Shown: positions 38,401-50,400 of the stretch, piece by piece
Layout of the letters: every line of letters starts with the position of its first letter
How positions within the stretch are numbered: position 1 is the stretch's first letter
NCBI GenBank assembly: GCA_002633005.1
Contig: NMRA01000274.1
Span: 477,143-541,142 of the forward strand
Direction of reading: 5' to 3'
Length of the DNA stretch: 64,000 nt
Source of the DNA: Phoronis australis
Taxonomy: Eukaryota; Animalia; Phoronida
Made by a program: the position numbers and the translations under genes
The notes under the pieces: generated by a model
What the model was told of the DNA's origin: nothing
Seen by the model: the letters and a program-made list of their open reading frames with translations, nothing else
Database searches by the model: none

Positions 38401-41400
38401 ATGGGCAAATACATTTGTACAGAATGCGGTGAAGACGAAGATGAATTGTACAAAGATTTTAAAGCTGGAATAATTAAAATATGCCACTGTGTAAGTTGAG
38501 GAATTGAATCAAGTAGGATGGATGGTGTACACATAGTGTACCTAATTATCGGACGGAACCTAAATATCGGACATTTCATAAAATCTTACTTTAAGCATAA
38601 TCTGAGAATTAAGTGACACCAATTTTTGTTCCGTTGTAATGCATTCAATGTCCGGCACCGTCTCGTTTTTTACAGCGTTGCCTCGTTTTGATTTCACCGA
38701 GAGAGGGTCAATTTAGACCCCCAATTCGGCCTAAAATGGACGATCACATAACTCGGTTGTAAAAGTTGAAAATAAAATATTTTTCCACAATGAAACCATC
38801 TCATTGAACTGACAATATGTCACTGTTCCATTTTTTCATTTGTTTTTAAACTCAAGTCAAACCCCGACCGCGCACGTGCGGGTGTCATATCAAGAAGCCA
38901 AAGGCAAAGAGATACTAAAAACTGCAGTGAGTTTGCACATGCTTTAGTCGTCTTCAATAATTCATCGAAACGACTTGACGCCGTCATCAGATTTCATTTT
39001 ATGGATAATTTTGTTGCGAATGGACCTGTGTTCTAGCAGCATATATGTCAAAACACTTGAGCTGAAATTCGGCTACAAGGTGCCCGCGGCCATTAGGTGG
39101 TTAGTCAGTTTTCCGTTGTGTGGCGTATGAGGAAACATGGTGTCCGATATTTAGGTTCTCCGAAGGTTTGCTTGTTGTGTTTTTTAAAGTTCAGTCGGAA
39201 CATAAATGTGGCTTTCGGTGACAAGATATAGTAACACAACAATTCTATAAAGGTAAGTCTTTATTTCAGCAAAGAATTTACAACAATCCGTAGTATTTTC
39301 AATTAAATATATATGCAAAATGTGCCAAAACGTCCGATAATTAGGTCACTTGACTGTTTTTTCAATTGTGAACTGTGTTAATGACCATGTAGTACCGGCA
39401 TGGTGTTAGGAAATGTAGGTGTTGAAGCACAAGTGGTTCTCCAGCTTGGGTTAACCTGGGCTGTGGTAATTGTTTACAATATGACGACATAGACTAACAC
39501 GTATGATTTTGGTATCATTCGATTCCTTGCAACGTTATATTTCCAAAAATATACAAACATTTCTCCTACCCCGTTCCCTTGGCTTTATCATTTACTTTCT
39601 GCTCGCACTATTTACCGGTACTCGGTATTAATGCCGCCATGTTGAATGGAAGGAGTCAGCTGGCAGTCAAAAATTGAACCGACTTCTGCAGATCGTCACT
39701 TTTCATAAGTTCAAATTGATATTTGATTTTATTTCCTGTATTTTGAAGTTTATTGCTTTTAAGTGCTTAAAATCTCCACTGAATTTTATATCAAAAACAC
39801 CAAAAAAATCACCAGGTGATCAGCTGTCAAATTAGAACACCCTGACAATATGTTAATAATCTGATCTCTAGTTTCGAGCATTTATTGGTCAAAACATACT
39901 ACTTCAAATTGGGACAACCAATCACAGTTGCTATAGATATCATTCCTTGTGTTAAGTGTGAGAAATCATCAGATATTGCTGCTCGTTTTTACGTGGTTAA
40001 TGATGTTTATAAATAAAATCAACTTACTCAGATACCGGAGGTTTAAAAGTTCGAACGTTTCGAACTGTACTCTACAGTTCTTTGTCAACAAATGGTAGGG
40101 GGGGGGGGGGCGTCCTGGTTTCCAGTCAATGTGTTCTCCGGAAGTAGTATGGTGTCATAGATGGACAGAAGTTGCAAACTTTGATCATGGTTCATGGTGG
40201 GCTTGTTGGTTTTGATGTATATGCCGTGGATTCTTTAACCTTTCTAGAAAACCAGTTTTGCTCTTTAGCCAGTAAAGTTAATGATATGATGAGGAATGGT
40301 GAGGCGTTGCATTTATGGTGGTTGTAACAACTTAGTATTTGACCAGGCTATGACCCTTTTTACTTTCCCGCAGGGCATCACAGAAGTGCTGATGTGGCAC
40401 AAGTTTGCACAAGAAACTCTTGTGTTGGTGGGTATGAGACACTGGAGTTAGGTAGCTTCATGTATCACTGTGATGTCGGTGGAGCTAAGAAACTTTTAAT
40501 CGAGTCGCTTTTCTTCTATTTTGTCATTTTTGGGATATTAGATTCATGATTGTGACATGCAGTGCTATAAAGCAAGGTTTAATGATGCTGACAATGTAGT
40601 CACTTGTCAAAACAAGGTAAATGGTGGTTTTAAGCACTTCGAAATATGACATCACACTATTTAGTGGTCTTCCTGCGACAGCTCATGTTATTCAGTACGT
40701 GTCAGGCATCAGATGGAAGTTAACAACCATGGAAAGCTTGAACAAAACCGACTCGTTTCAATTAGACGCGCAACTCATTCCCAGTGCTCTAACGGGTATG
40801 TAATGGAGTGACTTTTTCTGGTTAACAGAACTACTTTTTATCCAGGTATTCCAATTGGTTCAAAAATAAGATTCAAACGCCTATGAAATGCCAAAGCATA
40901 TTGAATACTATGCGTCAAACAAAACAAAATGATTCTTTATGGTATTCTGGGTCATTCTGTACTCTTACCCAACCAAGGCATGCGCAGTGATGCCCACACA
41001 CAAAACTCTGCATTTCATTCTCAACTTCAAAGACCACTTCTCAATATAGGTAGCACTGTGACAGTAGAATATGCACATACCAGTTGAGATTGCATCCGGT
41101 GTCAGGGTCTTTGATGTTGATTTTGCTATACCAAGCTACTTGATACATGTGTAGATGTGCTTTTTTGCCGTTTTCGAAAAACTAATGTCCATTTGCCATT
41201 GATATTTTTGTGATATTTTCAATAAAAATGATGCACTTCATATTACATATTCCTAACAAAGTTTGATAATTAACTGGCGCTTATTAAAACTGACATTTTA
41301 CTTCTTCATTTTGTCTACATCGTATATGGTAGCTACGCTCCTGCGGATGCATTCCTTAAAATTGCTGTAATAGTCAGGTGACATATACATTTTGCTCATG

Positions 41401-44400
41401 TTAATCTTCGTCTAAACTTGGGGCCTGGCCACGCTGTTGAATGGCATCTTTAAGTCTTTCCCAGAATACTCTTTGTCCTTGCGTGTCATCGCTCCATTCC
41501 AAGAATGTCTTTTTTCTGATCAGGAACTTAAGAATCGGAGTCATGTGCTCAAAGCTGACATCCTCAACAAGTATTATAATCAGTGATTGTCTCGCCTTTT
41601 GAGCATTATGCAGTGTATTAGCATGGGCGAGATTAACTTCAAATTTACACCACCCGCTCTTCACAAAGTTCTGCGTGAGCACGACTAAAACTTTTCTACT
41701 TTTTTCTATGCTCTCTGCTATGTTCTCAGAGATATCACGGCCCGGTTTGAAGTCTCGCTCATGGATACACATCTTGTAGCCAAATTCATTCTCAAGTTTG
41801 GGCAATAGCTGTTGTGTGACCAGATCACTGTCGTCTCCGCTGTATGTGATGAAACAGTCATAGGTGTACAACAGATGGTCAGTTTCTTCCAAATGATTTG
41901 ACCGTCTTGATCGCAATAGAAATATCCAATAGCGAATGTACCATCGATGTTTATAAAGTAGGCCAATAACAGCCAAGATGACAATGAACAGGCCAAATCC
42001 AGACCCACAAAGTATAACTAGCAGATGGTGACATTCAAAAAATGTTGGTCTGTACTGTAGTAGACTTTTGTGTTTCAAATTTGAACATTTGTACGGAATC
42101 GTATACGAGATCTTGAGTGTGAAAGTTTTGTTGTCATGCATCTGGCGAACCCAGTCGACATACCAAGCCAGGTTGCAGTCACAAATATAGGGATTAGAAA
42201 ATGCCTGAAAATGATTCAGTGTCGATAACACTGGTCGAAGAGAGCTTTGATTAATTGTGCGGATTTGATTCATCGATACATCCAGTGAGCGAAGGTTCTT
42301 AAGGTTCTCTAAGACTACATCGTTCCATCCGGATAGTTGATTTTGTCGTAAAATAAGACGTTCCAGACTTGTGAGATCTTTAAACAGTCGTTCAGGCAAC
42401 CCCTTTAAGTTTGTATAGCTCAAATCCAGCACTTTCAATTTGACAAGACCTTCAAACATGCATTCCGGTTTGAAGTGACCGTCGTGGGTAAAATAATTAA
42501 GAATACGCAGGTACACACCGTGCAGGATTAGATGTTCGAGACTTCTCAAGTTCGCAAAGTAGCAGACTTGTTTGGCTTTCCAAGGGTTTTCACTCAGCGT
42601 CAAGGACTTAATGTTTTTGAGGCCTGAGAATGTTCGTTTTCCAATGTTTTTTATGCCGTTATTGTCAAAATGAAGAAACTTGATTTTCAGAAGTGGTTGT
42701 AGTAGATCGTCGCTTAGTTCTTGTAGTGAATTATGGGATAGGTTGAGAGAAATAAGTTGCTCTAGTCCGGAAAAAGGAGACCGTTGGTGTACCTTGTCAA
42801 GTGCTGTTATGTGGTTGAAAGTTAAGTCCATGGATTGTATTTTTGGAAGAAATGAATTTCCTTTCTCATTAGCAAAGATGGGCAAGTGTAGAATGTTACA
42901 CTTGTTGAGCAATAAAACTCTTAATGTAGTCAATCCTTGGAGTGCTTTGGGCTGGAAAGAAGTCAGCTTAAGGTTCTTCATCATGTTCAGAATAACCAAA
43001 CGAGTTTGGCTGATAAATGTGTTATCCTCAACTGTATGGAACTTGTTTCCTGAAATATCCAGACTAGTCAACTGTTTGAAGCACAGAAATGTCCCAGTGA
43101 TATTCTTGAGATTTGTACGACTAAACCCTAGTCGCCTTATTGGTGCTTGGCAAAGCTGTTGCAACATTAAGTCAATAGATTTCTTTGTCATGTATAAGCT
43201 GTTCTCAGAAAGGTCCAGCTGTTCAAGATGTGCAAGTCCCGCAAATGTTCCAACTTCAATGTGTGAAATGTTACTTCTCAGTAAATGAAATTGCTTCAGT
43301 TTCAAATATCTGATCATCAAGAAACTGTTGTTTGTCAAAGAACTCAGGTTGTTTTGACAAATGCTTAGTTGTTTCAGTTCCCTCAAGTTTCGAAAACCTT
43401 CTCCCAAAGTTGAGTTGGTGATCAGATTTCTATCCAAGTCAAGCACCGAGAGCTTTTTAAGCTTAGTCAATACTTGATCAGGTATGCGAGTCAGGCTTGT
43501 TCTTTCGAGTGAAAGTTTCTTCAAGTTTTCGGCTCCGTTAAAAGTTCCAGTGAAGGTGTTGTTAAAGTAACGCAGGTTATTCGCAGAGAGGTCAATGGTT
43601 TGAATATTTGTTAACCCGAAAAATGCATTCTCTTCGATAAAACTGATACTGCTGTTTCTCAGGAACAGGAATTTCAGCTGTGTCAGATTAGCGAACGAGT
43701 TCTCCCTCAATATCTTCAATTCGCTGTTGTCCAAACTAAGGTACTGAGTGTCGGTTGGAATGTCCGGCGGAATCTCTCTCAGAGGCTTCTCGTGGTACCT
43801 GCCATCGCATGTCACATGTTTCCTTCGTGGGTTACATATGCATTTCGCCGGACAGTTTCCACCTGTCAAACCACTGATCACTTGCAGTAGAATGGCTAAC
43901 AGAGTCACTAATCCCAACAGTGACTTCTTCATGGTTTATCTCTCAATGCATAAATGTCTACATGTGTTGACAACCAGTTGTTGCAGGATAAAATATTAAA
44001 GTCCCTGGGCTTGTGGTTTTCTTTTGTTGTATCTAGATGTTACAGTGCAAATAAAGATCACCTGCATACTTGTTGACTGAGTCATTTTCAGTTTCATATC
44101 CTGCTAGCATGAATTTCCTGGTTGCATATTAGGGATATTTGCTTGTCCTCAATGGATGCTCTGAAGCATTGAAAAGCTATTGAAAGCCAGGAGGAGCCTA
44201 TACCCAGTAAAAAATGTTAATAGAATTAGTCCTTTGTAACTTGGGTCACCTCTTGGCTTAAACACCTAGGTGCAGTAGGTAGTGTGCTCAGATTTGTTAT
44301 GAAAAAGCATTAGTATACCTGAGGGGGTCTTAGCTGAAAAATCCATAAAAATACGCACTTGACATGATCTGGAATTGAGTAACACGTTGTCATTTTAAAG

Positions 44401-47400
44401 TAACTGCGAAGTTGTAAGTGAGATTCATTCAGGAATACAGAGGCGGATCTACGGGGGGAGCTGGGTTCAAGGGGTTGAAACCTCCTCTCGGGACAGAATC
44501 AAAAATAAAAATTTCAAAAAATGTCGCCAGGAAAATGAAATCAGCTACTAAAAACCAAAAAATTCTTACACAGAAAGAGGGAAACTCTCTCCCCTCGGCG
44601 CTATGCGCCTCGGATTCGTGCAAATCCTAAACCCCCCTTACTAAAGACCTAGATCTGACACTGGAACAATTGAATAACAAGATCATCTGTTTAACTGTGT
44701 TCAGAGAATAAATCAATTCGGCTGCACTGGATCATTCCCTGGACGCAAACGCCCCTTGCAAAATGCTGCTTTTCGATTGGTCAGTTAAGCTGTCACTCAA
44801 AAATCCTGGCTATAGGTCAGTAATAGTAAACTCCATTCCACCAGGGTGTTATCAAATAAGATTGTACTCAACTTTGAGTTAAATGTTTTGTTTATTTTCA
44901 GCGCCATTGTTCCAAAGTGATTGACAAGTACATTGAGACAGACACTATGATTATACTCTTAGACCTGATACTTCACAAGCTGCAAGCATACAGGCATGTG
45001 TTATTCAACTCTAAAGTAAAGGTATCTAAGGAAATTAAATCCTATAAATTTGTGAATTCAAAAGTCAAATTTGCTTTATAATGGCATAACTTTTTAATTG
45101 AAATTCCAATTTATTTTAATTGGTTAATTATTCTCATCAGCTGTTTGCTGTATCTGTTATCTTAGCTATTTACCTTTAGTTACCTGTTATTATAAGGTCA
45201 CAGTTTGATTGTAATCTGTTACTTACTTCATTGTCGATTTCTAAGGCGGGTTCCTGAGCACTCAATTTAATTTTCCATTTGACTTCTATTTCTAAGCCAA
45301 CTGTGAGCCCTTCATTGTTTAAATAGTAAAACAGTGACCATTTTAAGTAATATGTGAATGTTCCTAGAACCCTGAGAGATGATATGAATAGTTGCATTAT
45401 TCAACTCTCTTATTTTTTGCACAGTTAGAGAAATGCATTGTATGGTTCACATTCCAGTTTTTGAAAAGCTAGGGTGGTAAATGTCTCTGTGCTGAGGTGG
45501 ACAACAAAGGACATGTTGTTTCCTGCCCAGCTTATCAATTTTTATTGTGGGTATTGCAACTCACTGTCCAGCAGTAAAGTTTACGTAACTAGCATTAGAA
45601 TGACGAGTTCAAATAATGTCTGCCTTAAAATAGCAGTTACCACGGCAGCAGTGCCCTATCTATAGGTTCTTGGCATTGTGGGTAAATATCACAGAATCAT
45701 GGAGGGTCAGGATATGACTATTGACTTTTATATGACTTGTACCGTACCACAGTAAGATTTTAAAAAAAATTAGAACAGTCCTGGCTTGTATTGCAAAAAC
45801 TTGCGATAAGAATTGCATAGCTCTTATGAAATCATTTTCCAAGATTAATTTATACACCTTTAATTTCTATTTTGGAATTACGCAAATGCTTCTATTTCTT
45901 AGAGGAATCCAGTGTCTGAACTTAAGAAAGTGTACTGTACAAGACAAAAGTAATCAAAGGGACATGCAGTACCAGACAAAAGTAATCAGACAAAACACCA
46001 TTTCCCATCATGGTGGATAATTCTGTCAACAGCAAAAATTTCTGGTAATAACTGTTGTGGCGGCAAAATTCCAATTACAGAATGGCTTGGTTGCCTTACT
46101 AAATTTCCTGTTAATTCTTTTCATTCTCAGTCATGAGCGATAGTTTCTCTGATGGTGAATTTGACTTCTGCTCAGCCATCATGACCGGGAATTCTGGGTC
46201 ATTTTGTCTGAATACTTTTGGCTTGTATTGTACGATTCAGAACTTCTGCTGGTGCAATTTTTTGTTCCAGTTTCACATCAAATTCCTGCTTGTTCTTCTC
46301 GTCTGTGAAACGTACAACAAGTGGGCAATGCTACACAAGGACCAGGAAGCTGATGGGGAGCTAGTGGTTNTTACTTACTTCATTGTCGATTTCTAAGGTG
46401 GGTTCCTGAGCACTCAATTTAATTTTCCATTTGACTTCTATTTCTAAGCCAACTGTGAGCCCTTCATTGTTTAAATAGTAAAACAGTGACCATTTTAAGT
46501 AATATGTGAATGTTCCTAGAACCAGAGATGATATGAATAGTTGCATTATTCAACTCTCTTATTTTTTGCACAGTTAGAGAAATGCATTGTATGGTTCACA
46601 TTCCAGTTTTTGAAAAGCTAGGGTGGTAAATGTCTCTGTGCTGAGATGGACAAGAAAGGACATGTTGTTCCCTGCCTAGCTTATCAATTTTTATTGTGGG
46701 TATTGCAACTCGCTGTCCAGCAGTAAATTTTACATAACTAGCATTAGAATGACGAGTTCAAATAATGTCTGCCTTAAAATAGCAGTTACAACGGCAGCAG
46801 TGCCCTATCTATAGGTTCTTGGCAATGTGGGTAAATATCACAGAATCATGGAGGGTCAGGATATGACTATTGACTTTTATGTGACTTGTACTGTACCACG
46901 GTAAGATTTTTAAAAAAAATTAGAACAGTCCTGGCTTGTATTACAAAAACTTGTGATAAGAAATGCATAGCTCTTATGAAATCATTTTCCAAGATTAATT
47001 TAGACACCTTTAATTTCTATTTTGGAATTACGCAAATGCTTCTATTTCTTAGGGGAATCCAGTGTCTGAACTTAAGAAAGTGTACTGTGCAAGACAAAAG
47101 TAATCAAAGGGACATGCAGTACCAGACAAAAGTAATCAGACAAAACACCATTTCCCATCATGGTGGATAATTCTGTCAACAGCAAAAATTTCTGGTAATA
47201 ACTGTTGTGGCGGCAAAATTCCAATTACAGAATGGCTTGGTTGCCTTACTAAATTTCCTGTTAATTCTTTTCATTCTCAGTCATGAGCGATAGTTTCTCT
47301 GATGGTGAATTTGACTTCTGCTCAGCCATCATGACCGGGAATTCTGGGTCATTTTGTCTGAATACTTTTGGCTTGTATTGTACGATTCAGAACTTCTGTT

Positions 47401-50400
47401 GGTGCAATTTTTTGTTCCAGTTTCACATCAAATTCCTGCTTGTTCTTCTCGTCTGTGAAACGTACAACAAGTGGGCAATGCTACACAAGGACCAGGAAGC
47501 TGATGGGGAGCTAGTGGTTGTCTATGCTGCGCTTGAGTGGTCATTTTACAAGATGTCGGTTGTCACTGCTATTGGTAATTTTATGTAATTTTAGACCAAG
47601 CAGGATGTTATAAATCATATAGGGTTACTCCTGTTCCAGGATCTTGTGGGATGTATTTGGGAGCAAAAATTTTTCCATTTTTAAGCAGGATAATTACATG
47701 CACTTTTTTCAAAAAATGACAATTGAAAATGACCGTTAGTGATTGTCCATGGCTAAAAACAATGGGAGTATTTCAAATCTCTAATGGAATACCCAAATTC
47801 AAAACAGAACTCCATGCCATTGAGTGAAACTTTCTTGATTTTGTGCAAAAATAAGTTAGTTATTGAATAGTGCTGGTAATTTGAAAGTGCAATTAAGGAA
47901 CCGGGACCTTCTTCAAAAATGACTTTAGATTTGGTCCACTTGTTGCTCTAAAACCGGTCTCATCCCGTTGTATACTCAAGTTAGAAAATGATTTTTATGC
48001 TCGAGAAAGATGTAACCAATTCCTATTCGATGCTGTTATTTTTGGAGTGCAGGTGGATCGAGAAAATACTCTTGACAGCAAACTTGTTTTAGTGACTTTA
48101 AAATGTAATGCAGTGTAGTTCATCTTCCCTGAATTGTAATATTCTTATATTTATAATGTATCTGAATTGTAATATTCTTATAATTATAATGTATCTGAAT
48201 TGTAATATTCTTATATTTATAATGTATCTGAATTGTAATATTCTTATATTTATAATGTATCTGAGTGAATGGTGAAACTTACCGCAGAAAACAAATAAGT
48301 AATCAGACAATACTGTTCTGCTTTCCTGACCGCTAATTTTGTTAACCACTAAAATGACTGGTGATAACTATTAAGGTGGCAAGATTCTAATTACAAATAG
48401 TCTTGGCCACTTTACTAACTTTCCTGTTCATTCCCTTTCATTCTGAATCATGAAGGAAGACTACTCTGACTCTGAAGTTCGGCTTCCGTCCAGCTGTCAT
48501 GACGGGAATTCTGGGTAATTTTGTCTGAACACCACATGTACTTTATTCGTAGTTTTATTCCTTTGTTGAACTACAATCTATCTTAATTTCTTTTATTTCA
48601 GAAACGTTAAGCTTTTTTGCCGCTTTGAGTGTTCTCCTGTATCTCACTCAAATGAAGAGTACAAGTTGTAAAGTTAGGTGAGCATTTATTTAGTAGCCTC
48701 TGGTAGCCGAGGAAACCATTGATTGTCAGGCAAGTTGTTGATTGAACAAGTTCATTTGAAAATTTTTGGATAGTGCCGGTAGTGTAAAGAGATCGTTGTT
48801 GCTTTGTTCGTCAGTTGTTACTAGTGCTGTTCCCATTTGAAAATTCATGGAAACAATGGGGTGTATTTTGCGGGCAAAGTTTTGGGTTGGTTCACAAAGT
48901 TGACTGGATTCTGAGTTCCACCACATTTTACTGGGTTAGTACTGGGAAAATTATTCAAGATGACCTACCTGGTTTGTTGATTTAATTAAAATTCTGATCA
49001 TTGTCTGTATCATAAAACCATTGGTGCTGGCGCATGTGTTATACAACACGGAATGTGTGATGTCAGTGTTTGCCAATAGGGGCGCCACGTAACTTTCCAA
49101 TATTCATAAATCCTTTGGGGACATGACCGTTTGTGGACTTAATCCCGTGTACTTCTTTCCTAAAATATTTCTGGGATTTCAAACTACATTGGAATGGTAT
49201 ACTGGGTGACAGATTAATCGGCCATTTACATTCGTATACCAATAGCTCAGTGCGAGCCTTTTGTGAAGCAGTGTCATCTAATCACATGGTGCAGTCATGC
49301 CTTGTGCTTTTAATTGAATAAAATTATTTACAAAATTGGATATAACTGCATTTTGTTGGTTACCATGGTTAGATGACTTCCTGTTGTTAAGAAATTTGCT
49401 ATGATTTTGGCACCCCTGTTCCACACGAGCAGCATAGCATACAAAAATATTTTTCATTTTCAAAGGCTTCTAACATTGTTGTAAATGCTCATAGCACCAT
49501 CTGGTGGTAGCTGTGTGTAGAGAACTTTGAAATAACAAGGGGTTTTTGACTTTACTAATATTTACGAATATTTTATGAAAAACATGAAATTTCACTGGTC
49601 TGCAATATTGTATCTTAACTTTATGGGATTTCATCGTACTAATGTGCCAAATTGATGCTTTTGTCACTGTCTCAACTGTTTGTTCACCAGCCTCCTGGAT
49701 TATTACGTTTGGTTGTTAATGGAGACAACACTATTTCACACTGGCTAATGCTGAGTTCAGTTTTGACTTTACAAAAAACAAGTCTTAGTTCAATCCATTT
49801 CCGTATCTGTCACTTTGAATTGTAGTTGGTAGTGGTTGGGCTCTTAAATACTGCAAACCATAAAATGTGTTTTCTTTTGAGCTCGCTTATTTCGTTTGAG
49901 AACTGACGAAGGCATCTACTGTACAGGTTACTGTCAGTGTTGGAACATAATAGGTTGACTTGACACTCCCAATTATCTCCCCTTTTAGGAATTTATTTCT
50001 CAAAACTTCATTACGTGCTGTTTAATTGTTGGAGAACATAATTTATAAGATGCCTTTACCAGTTACACCCCACTAACCCTGATCATCTGCTGACAGCCAT
50101 TACCACCCTATTTCTGTTTCCAATCCAATAAACCTAATTTGGTGGAAATAATTACAGGCGAACTACTTAATAACAAAGATTTAACAGCTCAATTAACTCA
50201 AGCATGTCTTAATGATTGACTTGCTGTTTGGGTGGGGCCTACCTTGCTGTCACCAGAATTCTTTTGATGTCCTCAGAGACAAAAACAGCTTGCCTAGCCT
50301 AGTGTTGGTGTATCAAGGTCTGTTAACATTTATTCTTGTGTCGCAAACCTTGAAATTTCCTTAGTTTGATAGGACTTCATTTCCATGACATGCAGTTGAG

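Noticed and set aside
40563-40616. In-frame 54-nt AG..GT segment (CYKARFNDADNVVTCQNK) as an ARV1 cassette exon
   Set aside because: Weak pyrimidine tract, and it would split the conserved CxxC pair; likely chance.
42680-43288. 202-aa + strand ORF (and similar ORFs at 61122-61651)
   Set aside because: Antisense shadow of the TLR LRR coding sequence; no recognisable motif.
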